Part shown: positions 29,882 through 39,796 of the stretch, piece after piece
How the letters are laid out: each line of letters opens with the position of its first letter
Numbering within the stretch: position 1 is the first letter of the stretch
Source of the DNA: an uncultured Planctomycetota bacterium
GTDB lineage: Bacteria; Planctomycetota; Planctomycetia; Gemmatales; Gemmataceae
DNA: 64,000 nt
Assembly: GCA_963849325.1 (NCBI GenBank)
Contig: CAWKHF010000004.1
Location: 64,001-128,000 of the forward strand
Reading direction: 5' to 3'
Translations under genes and position numbers: made by a program
The notes under the pieces: generated by a model
What the model was told of the DNA's origin: nothing
The model's database searches: none
The model's input: only the letters and a program-made list of their open reading frames with translations

Positions 29882-30490
29882 GTGACGATGAACTTCAGCG
29901 GCCTTGTCAACATCCGTGACTACCGTGTTCGCTTGCCGCCGACCTTGTTTCCATACAAGGGCAAGCAGGTAATTCAGGTGCGCCACGCCAACGAGGTCGC
30001 TGCGGGCGACATCGCTTGGCTTCGCTTCACCGATTTGGGCGACGACTTTTTCCACCCCGCCTTCGACAAACGGAATCCCCTCAACCTGCCTGGTCCCTTC
30101 TACGGTGCTGAAACCGACACCTGCGAGACAGGCCCAGCCGAAGCGCCCAACAATGTCCTCATGGACCGACAAGGCCAGGAGTTCGTCTTCAAGCAACCAG
30201 CCAACGAGGAGGAATTGAGGGATGTTGTCAGTGCCGCTCTTTGCGAGTGCTTCTGCGGTTACGGAGCAGACGGCAACGACAACTGGACCTTATCTCTTAT
30301 CCGTGAGTGGTGGAAGGGTCGCCACGACCTCCTCGCTCGTGCAGGCGAGGTCAGCGGCTCGCCGGAGAGCATTCTCTTGTGGCAGCGGCTACTTTCCGGT
30401 GAGGGCGAGGACTACCTTCGTGCTTATGCGTTCTTTGTGGAAGAGGGACGGATTCCGAGCGGCACCGAGGCATTGCCGGAACTGGATTGA
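29882..30490 (+). CDS. Hypothetical protein with ferredoxin-like remnant motif
   Basis: PGPFY...TC...AP...FKQP.NEEEL...ALCE; start uncertain. Confidence 0.6.
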   Translation: MTMNFSGLVNIRDYRVRLPPTLFPYKGKQVIQVRHANEVAAGDIAWLRFTDLGDDFFHPAFDKRNPLNLPGPFYGAETDTCETGPAEAPNNVLMDRQGQEFVFKQPANEEELRDVVSAALCECFCGYGADGNDNWTLSLIREWWKGRHDLLARAGEVSGSPESILLWQRLLSGEGEDYLRAYAFFVEEGRIPSGTEALPELD

Positions 30491-30519
30491 TCGGTCTTTT
30501 CGGGAGTCGGAGCCAGTCC

Positions 30520-31643
30520 ATGCTCAAAGAAATCAAGATCACTGACATCAAGGTTGGCCACCGCCACCGCAGGGATATGGGCAACCTACTATCCTTGGCC
30601 GAGAGCATTCGCCAGGAGGGACTGCTCCAGCCCATCGGCGTGACTGACCGGCTCGAACTCGTCTTCGGGGAGCGCCGCATCCGGGCCGTGCGGGACATCC
30701 TCAAGAAGAAGACCATCCTGGCCCGGATCGTGGACGTGTCCAGCATCCTCGCCGGGGAGTATCACGAGAACGAGGTCCGCAAGGACTTCACGCCGTCCGA
30801 GCGAGTCGCCATCGCCAAGGCCATCGAGCTTCAGGTGGGCAACCGCCGTGGGCAGAGGACGGACGCGGAACGTGTGCAAAAAATTGCACACGTTGAGCCG
30901 GGCAAGAAGACCCGTGACGCAGCCGCCGAGCGTGCCGGGTTCGGCAACCACGAGACGTACCGGCAAGCCGCCAAGGTGGTCGAAAGCGGCACGCCCCGGC
31001 TCATTCAGGCGATGGACGGGGGCCGGGTTTCCATCTCCGCAGCCGCTCTCCTGGCGGACGCCGACCCCGATGAGCAGGACCACATCCTCGACTTTGACGA
31101 GAAAGCCATTCTCCAAGCTGCGCAAGAGATTCGTCGTCGCAGGGCAGACGGCATTACTGGCCATGAGCAGCCGTACCGGGGCGAAACGAACGATTGGCTG
31201 ACGCCGAGGTACATTCTGGACGCCCTGGGGAAGTTCGACCTCGACCCGTGCGCCGCCCCGGACCAGCCGTGGGCGACGGCCAAACGGCACCTGACGGTGA
31301 AAGACGACGGACTGAAGAAACCCTGGGTCGGGCGAGTGTGGCTGAACCCTCCTTATGGCGAGCAGACGGGCCGTTGGCTGGAGAAGATGGCGAAGCATCA
31401 GAATGGCATCGTTCTGATCTACGCTCGGACGGAAACGCAGATGTTCTTCGATCACGTCTGGAGTCGAGCCAACGGCATCTTCTTTTTGAAAGGGCGGGTA
31501 TACTTTTGCCGACCGGACGGCAGTGTGGCGCAGACGCAGGGGCACCTTCGGTCCTCGTCAGCTACGACCACCGCTCCACGAGGCGCAATTACAACGCATT
31601 GAAGCGTTGTAAGTTGGCCGGGCAGTTTTTGAGCATCAGATGA
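30520..31643 (+). CDS. ParB N-terminal domain fused to phage-type DNA N6-adenine methyltransferase (frameshift near 31530)
   Basis: LAESIRQEGLLQPI...GERR (ParB); WLTP...FDLDPCA...DDGL...WLNPPYG...ART (phage Dam-type). Confidence 0.85.
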
Positions 31644-31689
31644 CTGACCCCGCCGCAAGACGCTCTCGGACGCCGGAAGGGATGACACG

Positions 31690-32553
31690 ATGCCCGATTC
31701 CCAACAGCACGTCCCGGTCAGACTCACCCAGGCCCAGCGGAAGGCCGTGGCCGAGATCGCCCCGGAGCTTGCCGACCGGCTGAAGTTGGACGAGCGGAAC
31801 CAGCGGACGATTCCGCTCACGCTGGCCGAGTTGAAGGCGATCAAGGAAAAGGCCGGGAAAGCGCTGCGGCAGGCCAGCACGGGCATGGGGCGCAACTCGC
31901 TGCGGCACGTCACCGACCTTGCGGCCCAGGCCCTCGACCGCTCCCGTGGCCTCGGTGCCATCCCCGCCGCCGAGCGGGTCTACCAGTTCAGGATCACCCT
32001 GCTCGACACCCGGCCCCCGATCTGGCGGCGCATCCAGGTCAAGGACTGCACCCTCGACAAACTGCACGAACACATCCAGACGGTGATGGGCTGGACCAAC
32101 TGCCATCTGCACCACTTCAGGATCGGGGAGCCGCTTTACGGCGACCCCGACTTGATGCAGGAGAACTTCGAGGAGATGGAGTACGAGGACTCGACCAGCA
32201 CGAAGCTGAGCGCTATCTTGCCGAAGAGCGGCAGGCGGTTCCGCTTCGAGTACGAGTACGACTTCGGGGATGGCTGGCGGCACGAGGTCTTGTTCGAGGG
32301 CTGCGTCCGGGCCGAGTGGGGCAAGCGCTTTCCGGTCTGCCTGGAGGGGGCACGGGCCTGTCCGCCCGAAGACGTGGGCGGCACCTGGGGCTACGAAGAG
32401 TATCTGGAGGCGATGGGCGATCCCAGCCACGAGCGGCACGAGGAGTTCCTGGGCTGGCGTGGCCCGTTCGCCCCTGAAGCGTTTGACCCGGCCAGGACCA
32501 CGAAGCGGATGTGGCGGGGCCTCCCGGATTGGCGCTCGGAGCGGTGGGTGTGA
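31690..32553 (+). CDS. Plasmid pRiA4b ORF3-like protein
   Basis: PPIWRRIQV...LHEHIQ..MGW...HLH...YEYDFGDGW...G.RACPPEDVGG..GY. Confidence 0.9.
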   Translation: MPDSQQHVPVRLTQAQRKAVAEIAPELADRLKLDERNQRTIPLTLAELKAIKEKAGKALRQASTGMGRNSLRHVTDLAAQALDRSRGLGAIPAAERVYQFRITLLDTRPPIWRRIQVKDCTLDKLHEHIQTVMGWTNCHLHHFRIGEPLYGDPDLMQENFEEMEYEDSTSTKLSAILPKSGRRFRFEYEYDFGDGWRHEVLFEGCVRAEWGKRFPVCLEGARACPPEDVGGTWGYEEYLEAMGDPSHERHEEFLGWRGPFAPEAFDPARTTKRMWRGLPDWRSERWV

Positions 32554-32569
32554 AGCAAGGAGAGCCACG

Positions 32570-33868
32570 ATGCGGTTGCCAGAAGCGAAAATCAAGGAAG
32601 CCATCGTCCACCCCGAAAAGCTGGTCCGCCAGGAGGCCCTGCTGTACTTCGCCGACTGCTACAGCAGGGATGCCGAGGTCATGCCTCTGGCGATCAAGGC
32701 CATCGAGACATTTGGCCGCAGCAACGCCTTCCTGCACGTCCATGTCCTGGCTCAACTGGCGCAGACCGAGGCCACGGTCGGATGGACCATCAAGGAACTG
32801 CATCGGGAAGAGGACAAGGCCCACGACCTCGACAGCTTTTTCCCCGCCCTGTCCCGGCTCTTGTGCAATGCCGAGCCGCAACTTGTCGGTCCTCGTGCCG
32901 ACCAAGTTCTCCAGGCACCGGGCTTCTTCAAGGAACTGGTCCCTGAGTTCCGGGAACGCCTGCAACTGGCCACCTGGGACGCCGACCAGTGCTGGCACGA
33001 ATTAGAGAGAATCTGCACGGAAGGCGTCGGCACCGACGTGGACTTCGGCCATGCCAGCCGGGTCGTGGAGGCGCTGGCCCGGCAGGGTGACGAGTACACT
33101 GACCGCATTCTCGAACTGCTCGCCAAAGAAGTCGGGGATTTCGAGACGGACCCGATGACCTGGCTGGAAATCTTCCTGGTCGAGTTGGCCGGGGAGATGC
33201 GCCTGGAGCGAGCCATCCCCCTGGTGGTGAAGAAACTCCACGAGTGCGGAGATGTTCTCTCCGAGGAATGCGTCGATGCCCTGGGCAAGATCGGGACTGA
33301 CGCCGCTGCCGAGGCCGTGACCGAAGGTTGGCTGGAAGCCGTGTGGGATTACCGGCTGTATGCCACCAGCGCCCTGGAGAAGATTCACTCGGACACGACG
33401 GTGCGAAAGTGCCTGGAACTGCTGCCCCAGGACAAGGAACTGGACATCAGGACCAAGCTGGCCGACGCCCTCCTTGGCCAGTTTGCCGACGAAGGGATCG
33501 AACCCGTGCGGGAGATAGTGCAGCGGCGGGCTTATGACCCGATGAACAGCGACCTGATGCGGAAGCTGGTCGCTGTCAGCACGGTCCTGGGTGTGACCTT
33601 CCCCGAACACCCGATCTGGAAGCGAGAGGCCGAGGAGAAGCTGGCCAAGCAGGAGCGGCGGATGAAGGAGATGCGGGGGTTCTTCCAGGCCCCGGCGCAG
33701 CCGCCCTTGCCGCCGAAGCCTGCTCCTGCAAAGGAGCGGGACGACTTTCTGGAACGAAAGCCCGCACCGTTTCTCCGAACGGAGAAGCAGGTGGGCCGAA
33801 ACGACCCGTGCCCCTGCGGGAGCGGCAAGAAGTTCAAGAAATGCTGCATGAGCCGGGGAAAGGGCTGA
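32570..33868 (+). CDS. HEAT-repeat-like protein with C-terminal SEC-C motif
   Basis: AAGGAG RBS; helical repeats; GRNDPCPCGSGKKFKKCC. Confidence 0.8.
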   Translation: MRLPEAKIKEAIVHPEKLVRQEALLYFADCYSRDAEVMPLAIKAIETFGRSNAFLHVHVLAQLAQTEATVGWTIKELHREEDKAHDLDSFFPALSRLLCNAEPQLVGPRADQVLQAPGFFKELVPEFRERLQLATWDADQCWHELERICTEGVGTDVDFGHASRVVEALARQGDEYTDRILELLAKEVGDFETDPMTWLEIFLVELAGEMRLERAIPLVVKKLHECGDVLSEECVDALGKIGTDAAAEAVTEGWLEAVWDYRLYATSALEKIHSDTTVRKCLELLPQDKELDIRTKLADALLGQFADEGIEPVREIVQRRAYDPMNSDLMRKLVAVSTVLGVTFPEHPIWKREAEEKLAKQERRMKEMRGFFQAPAQPPLPPKPAPAKERDDFLERKPAPFLRTEKQVGRNDPCPCGSGKKFKKCCMSRGKG

Positions 33869-34229
33869 AGCTTGCCACGGTTGCAACGGCCAGGGGTGCG
33901 AAACCCTACCGGCCACGCAAAAAATCCTGCGGCGGCTGTTTTTGGAAAACGCTTTTGGCAAAAGCTTCAGCCTGGACCTGGAGGCACCAGAATCGGAAGT
34001 TGATGATTTTGGAAATGTCCCGCCAGATGGTTTTTCGCCGGTGCGTTCTTCAGAATCCTGGGAGTCCCAAAAGAAAAAACAAGGGCGACATGGTATGAGG
34101 GAAGGGTGGCGGTAGGGGTGTCAGGCAAACTTTTTGCAAAACAGTTTCTCGGTTGTTTATTCTGCTCGTCGGCTCCCTTGGGGAATCTTCTTCATCGGCC
34201 AGTCAGCCCTACCAAAGCAGAGATCGAAG

Positions 34230-34589
34230 TCATCGTCTGTCTGGCAAAACTTGCCGATAGCGGGCGGTTCGCAACTGGTCGGCGGCGAGAAAGCCCTGAA
34301 CGTACTCGGCGTCGGTTGAGGACTCCGGCTCTTGGGTAAACCCGTCCAGAAAGCCGCTCACCCACTGCGCATCAACACCCAGGGTGGTCGCTACATCGTG
34401 CCGCCAATCGCCAGATGCGGCAACGTCCACGAGTACCGTTTCCAGCGGATGGTAGGTTTTCCCATCACCCAGCGTGTACACACCGTCCACCACCCGCAGG
34501 TTGCCAGTGGGCACGGGCGACACATGCAGGCCGAGCCGCAGCGCCAACCAGCAGCCCTCGGTGACTGTTACCAGTGGGTCCAGGTCCAT
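34230..34589 (-). CDS. Hypothetical protein
   Basis: GGAGG RBS; protein-like. Confidence 0.65.
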   Translation of the reverse strand: MDLDPLVTVTEGCWLALRLGLHVSPVPTGNLRVVDGVYTLGDGKTYHPLETVLVDVAASGDWRHDVATTLGVDAQWVSGFLDGFTQEPESSTDAEYVQGFLAADQLRTARYRQVLPDRR

Positions 34590-34689
34590 GTTCGCCTCCG
34601 AGGAAGGAGTACAACGTCGAAAAGCTACGGCGTTGTACGCCGCTTCCCTGGCCGTCTCCCCAGGCGAGGGGAGTCGCTGGCGGCGTCAA

Positions 34690-36156
34690 TCAGCGGATGA
34701 AGTACCGCATCGCCTCCGGCCTTTCCAGGGCGAGCTTCTTGAGGCCAGCGCCGAGCTTGCACAGCGCCTCGTGGTAGTCGCTGGAGAGATGATCGCCGCT
34801 GTATTCGTGCCCGAATTCGTGGATCAGCAGACGGTCCACGTCCTCGCTCGCCCCCTGCTCGAACCACTTGTGGCCGAGGCGCAGGAGGTTGAAGTCCAGC
34901 CGCCCGGACCCGTAGCAGGCGGCGAAGTTGTTCGTTGTGTGGACCACGGAGACGGTCAGCGACACCTGTATCAACTCCCTGGCGAGGAAGACGGCGTAGC
35001 CCGCAATGAGCTTCATGCCCTCGGTCCACTTCTCTTCGTGGATGATCGTGACGCCCTCGGCGTTCGGGTCGTCGCTGTACGGCTTCGCCGTGGGGCAAAG
35101 CTGGCCCGCAGGTAGGACCGCACCGGCACGCTTCACATTCGCCCACTCGCCCTTCGACAGTCCCACGACGATGGTGCCGCCCTGGGACTGAAATCTTTTC
35201 ATCGCCTCGATGTCGCTCGGATCGGGGGCGGCTACCTTCTCCTCGAACCGTAGGCGGACGAGATGCTTGATCGCCTCGTCGGAGCAGCGCTGGTCAGAAC
35301 CGGCGAGCTTGCACCAGGCAGCGGTGGCCTCTTCCTCGGTGGCCAGGAGGTCATGGGCTGCATTCAGCACTGCCACTCGCACGGCCTGGAGAAAGCTGGG
35401 CTTCACATTATCTCGATCTCGGTTTAGCGGGCACTTCTGGCCGATGTTGACGTGCCACCTGTCGGCGGTTTCCACGACTGGCAGCCCCATTTCGTACAGG
35501 CCCGGTGTCTCGCCCGGCAGCGCCTCGAAGATGGCCACCTGGGTCTTCCGCACCCGTGGGCGCATCACGCCTTCCTCGTCGGCCACCAGCGTCTCCAGGC
35601 TCGTCTCGAAGGTGCGGAGCGGCTTGCGGGCCAGGAGCCGGTCGCCGTTGAACGTCACGGCGATGCCTTCCCGCAACAGCAATGACCGGAGGTAATCGGC
35701 CACCTGCGGGTATTCCTCCCTGGTCAGCCGGATGCAGCCCTGGAACACGGACCCCCGCTCCCGCTTCTGCCGGGGCTTCTCGATGCGGCCCTCGGCAGGG
35801 TCGAAGACGACCGTGCCCTTTGTGGTACTGATGCTGGCGCTTTCACAAACGGCCAGGACCATCTTTTCACCAAGATTGAACTGCCCACGCTGCTCCGGGT
35901 TGCCCCGCTTGTAGGACTCGGCGTACAGCGTGTAGGCGTGGCTCAAATCCCTGAACCCTTCCGGGGCGTCGTCCTCGACCGTCAGATCGGCCAGCGGTCG
36001 GCCAGGCACCAGGGCCAGGCTGACGGCGATCTGCGTGACGCCCGCTTCGTCCAGGGCGTTCTGGACCAGTTCCCCGATCAATCTGCCCTTGCCATGCTCC
36101 TCGGCCTGCTTGCCCAGGCCCGCCTTGCTCACGTCGAACCACTGCTGCTCGCTCAT
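34690..36156 (-). CDS. GHKL-family ATPase with C-terminal zincin-like HExxH
   Basis: ELVQNALD (N box), VEDDAPEG, RGQFNLG, GSVF; LLIHEFGH; AGGAG RBS. Confidence 0.8.
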   Translation of the reverse strand: MSEQQWFDVSKAGLGKQAEEHGKGRLIGELVQNALDEAGVTQIAVSLALVPGRPLADLTVEDDAPEGFRDLSHAYTLYAESYKRGNPEQRGQFNLGEKMVLAVCESASISTTKGTVVFDPAEGRIEKPRQKRERGSVFQGCIRLTREEYPQVADYLRSLLLREGIAVTFNGDRLLARKPLRTFETSLETLVADEEGVMRPRVRKTQVAIFEALPGETPGLYEMGLPVVETADRWHVNIGQKCPLNRDRDNVKPSFLQAVRVAVLNAAHDLLATEEEATAAWCKLAGSDQRCSDEAIKHLVRLRFEEKVAAPDPSDIEAMKRFQSQGGTIVVGLSKGEWANVKRAGAVLPAGQLCPTAKPYSDDPNAEGVTIIHEEKWTEGMKLIAGYAVFLARELIQVSLTVSVVHTTNNFAACYGSGRLDFNLLRLGHKWFEQGASEDVDRLLIHEFGHEYSGDHLSSDYHEALCKLGAGLKKLALERPEAMRYFIR

Positions 36157-36157
36157 G

Positions 36158-36358
36158 CTACTCCTCCTCGAACTTGCCTTCTCTCCAGCACCGCCGGACA
36201 GCGCTCACGGGATCAAGCGACAGGTCCGGGACGAACAATGTCTTGATCTTGCCGTCCCTGGTGATGATGCGGACGCCGAGGCCGTTCTCCAGCTTGACGA
36301 CCTCGGCGTTGATGCCCACGTCCCATCCCTGGCCGTTTGGCCACGGCCTTGCCCACAT
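36158..36358 (-). CDS. Small hypothetical protein
   Basis: GGAGGA RBS; abuts the ATPase start. Confidence 0.6.
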   Translation of the reverse strand: MWARPWPNGQGWDVGINAEVVKLENGLGVRIITRDGKIKTLFVPDLSLDPVSAVRRCWREGKFEEE

Positions 36359-36779
36359 GCGATCCTCCCCGCCCTTGTCTGCTTCCGGCGCTTACGCTGT
36401 GGCCCGTCCAGCGCCTTGCATCCCTCCTTGAAGCCCTTATTCATCGGAATCCTCCAGACTGCGATGCCAGAAGCAGGTTTTCTTGCCAGGCCGGGGCGCT
36501 TGCTGCATTGCACCCAAACACCGCCCATGTATCGGGACTGACCCGAACCCGTATAGACCCGGACTCTTGCTCGGCACTTGCTGCTGTCGAAATGCTTCGT
36601 CAGCAGGGTTTGTGAAGCCATCGCCTTCCGAAGCTTGTACTCATGTTTTTTCCGTTCGTCAGCCATCATTCCGCCTGACGAAGAGTACCAGCCAGCAAGA
36701 CCAAGTTCCCAAGCCTTGGAAGTCACGGCTTTCTGTCAATGCCGGGGATGAACAGGCAGTGCTTGGGTAGCCCGCCGAG

Positions 36780-37259
36780 CTATATCTTCTCGTCCTCCTC
36801 GTCATCCTCCTCGTCGCTATCCAACATGGATTCGCCCACGAAGGTAAACGTGCTGGGGTCTTCCCCTTCGAGAAACAACTCGAAATCGTCGCAGCGGGGA
36901 GCAGCGTAGGGCCAGACCTCACGACGCCCGACCACTCGGTAAACCTCGCCGTCATACTTCACGAGATCGCCCAGGTGGAAGTCGGCGTTTTCCTGCCGGG
37001 TGTACAACGGCAAGAACGGCTTCAGCCCGAATTCGTCAATGATCTCGGCCACGGTCATGGGGCCGTCCTGCAATTCAAGCACCCGGTCCCACCATCCCAT
37101 GTTGGCGTAACATAGCGCCTGTTCGACATCCAAGCAGCTTGGTATGGCCAGCGGCCCCCGGTAATCTTCATGCAGGTGTTCCTCCAGGGCGCTGATGCAG
37201 GTCCACTCGCCCTCAAGGACGGCCTTGGCCAGCCACTTCGCACTTCGTCGCTTCACCAT
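36780..37259 (-). CDS. Hypothetical acidic protein
   Basis: GGAG RBS; acidic tail. Confidence 0.65.
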   Translation of the reverse strand: MVKRRSAKWLAKAVLEGEWTCISALEEHLHEDYRGPLAIPSCLDVEQALCYANMGWWDRVLELQDGPMTVAEIIDEFGLKPFLPLYTRQENADFHLGDLVKYDGEVYRVVGRREVWPYAAPRCDDFELFLEGEDPSTFTFVGESMLDSDEEDDEEDEKI

Positions 37260-37295
37260 GATTGATCTCCCTGTGTTTGAGTTTGTGAAAGGGTT

Positions 37296-37523
37296 TCAGT
37301 CCATCCTGTCGATGAACATGAAGTTGGAGCAGGGCAGCGCACGCAGAACCCCTTCCTTCACTTCAACGTCAGCGACCTCGATGTAGCGGTCGTGGCGGTA
37401 GAGGACGTAGCACCGCACCGTCGCCGGGCACTGGACACCAGCCCGAATGCCGATGCGGGTGCTGACCCCGCCCTGTTCGATGACGACCTTCGCATCGGCC
37501 CGAAACTCGATCAGGTGCTTCAT
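37296..37523 (-). CDS. Small hypothetical protein
   Basis: MKHLIEF...; follows upstream stop by a few nt. Confidence 0.6.
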   Translation of the reverse strand: MKHLIEFRADAKVVIEQGGVSTRIGIRAGVQCPATVRCYVLYRHDRYIEVADVEVKEGVLRALPCSNFMFIDRMD

Positions 37524-37527
37524 GGCA

Positions 37528-37887
37528 TCATCCCTTCTGTTCTGCCTGGTCGTCGCCCTGAAACTGCTCTTCGGACGGACGCCCGACCTCCAGCACTTCG
37601 ATCTCGACGTGCCCGGCTTCGTCATACGGGGGCCGCTTGACCCGGAGCAGGACGTGCCCGGCGTTCTGGCCGAACAGCACTCGCTCGACCACGTTCATCA
37701 CGTCCACCAGCTTGGCACCGCCGAAGCTCATGCCGGGCCGGATGCCGGGCCGGGTGAATTCGGCAATCATCTCCTCCGGCACTCCAGCCTCTCGGAGCAG
37801 CTTCTCTTTGGCCTTGCGGCCCTCTTCGTCCAGGCTGAACAGTGTCTCGAAGAAGTTCCTGTGCATGGCGTCGAAAATGTCGCTCAT
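37528..37887 (-). CDS. Hypothetical protein
   Basis: AGGAG upstream; protein-like. Confidence 0.6.
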   Translation of the reverse strand: MSDIFDAMHRNFFETLFSLDEEGRKAKEKLLREAGVPEEMIAEFTRPGIRPGMSFGGAKLVDVMNVVERVLFGQNAGHVLLRVKRPPYDEAGHVEIEVLEVGRPSEEQFQGDDQAEQKG

Positions 37888-37937
37888 GGTTACTGTCGCT
37901 CCTGCTCGTCGTGCGGTAGAAGGTCAGAAGCCGGTTG

Positions 37938-38339
37938 TCAGGCGTCCGGCTTGTCGTCGTCGCCCAGGCCCGGCGAGTAGCCGCAACCCTGGCACATGAC
38001 GGTCTTCAGGTCGCCCGCCTCGTGGGACGCCATGATGTCGCCGCATTCCGGGCAATCGTCGCCTTCGCCCGGCTCTTCCTTCTCCCGCTTGCGGACTTCA
38101 GCGAAGTACAGGTCTTCGACGTACTGCTCGGTCTGCGGGCGAAACGCCAGCCGCCTGTGACCGTATTTCTCGCACACCCCATCCACGATGGCCTCGAACC
38201 AGTCGTCGCACGGCTCGACCACCTGGCTGTAGGTCATGCCAGCCAGCGCTTCCTTGACAGCCGCCTTCAGGTTCGGGATCGGCTGCTCGCCGTGAATGAT
38301 CGCTTCGGCATCGTCGCAGGTCAGCTTGTAAAGGTGCAT
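37938..38339 (-). CDS. Hypothetical protein with C-terminal zinc ribbon
   Basis: GGAGGA RBS; CPECG...CQGCG. Confidence 0.7.
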   Translation of the reverse strand: MHLYKLTCDDAEAIIHGEQPIPNLKAAVKEALAGMTYSQVVEPCDDWFEAIVDGVCEKYGHRRLAFRPQTEQYVEDLYFAEVRKREKEEPGEGDDCPECGDIMASHEAGDLKTVMCQGCGYSPGLGDDDKPDA

Positions 38340-38379
38340 GGTTCCTCCTGCCCGTTGTGCTGCGCCAGTTGGTCGAGGG

Positions 38380-38670
38380 TTAGCTGTCCTTGTTCTTGAC
38401 CTTGAAGCGGCCCTTGTTGGCCTCCAGGTAGGCACGGGCAGCGGTAATCTGCTCGTCGCTGAGCAGGGCCACGGCGCACTCGTAAGGCATGGAAACCGGG
38501 AAGCGCAGGCCGTCGAAGTAGATAGACAGCCAGCCGCTCTTCTCGGCCACGGCGAAGCGGGGCGGCTTGCGGTTGGCCTCGGCCATCAGCCGCATCATCT
38601 CGTCGGCGCTGATCTTCCCGTCCCGGAACTGCTGGGTAATCTCTTCCTTGGTCAACTTCTTGTCTGCCAT
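38380..38670 (-). CDS. Small hypothetical protein
   Basis: Directly downstream of motif copy 38711. Confidence 0.7.
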   Translation of the reverse strand: MADKKLTKEEITQQFRDGKISADEMMRLMAEANRKPPRFAVAEKSGWLSIYFDGLRFPVSMPYECAVALLSDEQITAARAYLEANKGRFKVKNKDS

Positions 38671-38710
38671 AAGACCCTCAAGGAGTGGTGATTGTTCTTC
38701 CCTCTATCAC

Positions 38711-38735
38711 TGCACACCAGAAGCGAGAGCGTTCA
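38711..38735 (-). promoter_or_regulatory. Conserved upstream motif copy 1 (TGAACG-N14-GTGCA)
   Basis: + strand TGCAC accagaagcgagag CGTTCA GGATTT. Confidence 0.85.
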
Positions 38736-38740
38736 GGATT

Positions 38741-39154
38741 TCACTTGCGGTCGGGCAACTCGTAGGAACCGGGCAGGCGGTAGCGGGTCAAGCCCTTCAC
38801 CTGGACGGTTTCCAGGGCAGCCTCGATCTCGTCAAGCTGCTCGTCGGTGTAGCCGTCATTATCCTCGGCCATCTGCAAGAGGGTTCGCAGGTCATCCTTG
38901 CTGACGCCCAGCGGGTCACGCAAACGCTCAAGAGTCATCGCAAAGCCTTCCTCGCAAACAGGCCGCTTGCCTTCACCGGGATATGGGTCAGCACCCAGGG
39001 CCGTCAGCAACTCGGCAAACGCCTCAGCCTGGCCGTTCAGGTGGCCTTCCGTCCAAACGTCATCCACCTTCTGCGCCTCGCCCTGCTGTTCCTGGTCCTT
39101 CTCGACCTCAGCGAGCCGCTTGAACAACAGAGCCTTCAATTCATCGTTGGTCAT
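38741..39154 (-). CDS. Hypothetical acidic protein
   Basis: Lies between motif copies 1 and 2. Confidence 0.7.
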   Translation of the reverse strand: MTNDELKALLFKRLAEVEKDQEQQGEAQKVDDVWTEGHLNGQAEAFAELLTALGADPYPGEGKRPVCEEGFAMTLERLRDPLGVSKDDLRTLLQMAEDNDGYTDEQLDEIEAALETVQVKGLTRYRLPGSYELPDRK

Positions 39155-39192
39155 GGCCAAAACCCCCAGCAGTTACGTCTCCTCTCTATCAC

Positions 39193-39217
39193 TGCACGTC
39201 AAGGAAGAAGGCGTTCA
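39193..39217 (-). promoter_or_regulatory. Conserved upstream motif copy 2
   Basis: TGCAC gtcaaggaagaagg CGTTCA GGATT. Confidence 0.85.
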
Positions 39218-39421
39218 GGATTCTTCATTCACCTGCTTGCGGACGATCTTGCGGATGACGTGCGCCAGTCCCGTGCGGTCAGGGTGGCCCCTCGGCAGCC
39301 GGTGGGCGAAGACGAGGGCGAGACGCATCGTGAAGTCCAGATGCCGCCACGCCCACGCATAGCGCTTCGTTCGCCTGACCGTGCGGGCCTCGATCCGTGT
39401 CTTCCTCTTTGTTCGTGCCAT
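39215..39421 (-). CDS. Small basic hypothetical protein
   Basis: Stop codon is the TGA of motif copy 2. Confidence 0.55.
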   Translation of the reverse strand: MARTKRKTRIEARTVRRTKRYAWAWRHLDFTMRLALVFAHRLPRGHPDRTGLAHVIRKIVRKQVNEES

Positions 39422-39460
39422 GAGAGCGTCCAGAAGTAGTGATTTTCTCCCTCACTGATC

Positions 39461-39484
39461 TGCACGTCAGAGGGAGGGCGTTCA
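39461..39484 (-). promoter_or_regulatory. Conserved upstream motif copy 3 (N13 spacer)
   Basis: TGCAC gtcagagggaggg CGTTCA GGATT. Confidence 0.8.
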
Positions 39485-39535
39485 GGATTGTGGCCAGGCA
39501 AGAACGTCCCGGCTGGTCAGGCCATGCCCGCTCGC

Positions 39536-39793
39536 CTAGCCGAGAAAGTCCGACAACTGGAATTCCTCAATGGCCTGGGCGACTGTCATTTCCCGGTCGT
39601 CGTCCACGGGCAAGAGGGTGTCCCAGCGGCCCAGGTTGGCGAAGCCGATGATAAGCTCCAGGGCCAGCATGACCTTTTCGTTGACTGGCCAGATGCCGAT
39701 AAACTTGAAGTGCCTGCGAACTGCCGTGTGAAGGGGTAGCACGCCTGCCTTCCACGCTTCGGCCAGTTCTTCGGACGTGAGCTTTCTCTTCAT
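39536..39793 (-). CDS. Small hypothetical protein
   Basis: Tightly packed in minus-strand run. Confidence 0.65.
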   Translation of the reverse strand: MKRKLTSEELAEAWKAGVLPLHTAVRRHFKFIGIWPVNEKVMLALELIIGFANLGRWDTLLPVDDDREMTVAQAIEEFQLSDFLG

Positions 39794-39796
39794 GGA

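Noticed and set aside
34609-34638. GTACAACG/CGTTGTAC hairpin and similar GC stems at about 47645 and 52864 as a repeat family
   Set aside because: No shared sequence among them; consistent with ordinary terminators or mRNA stems.
37903-37926. TGACCT-N13-GAGCA as another motif copy
   Set aside because: Three mismatches plus altered spacing; too weak to call.
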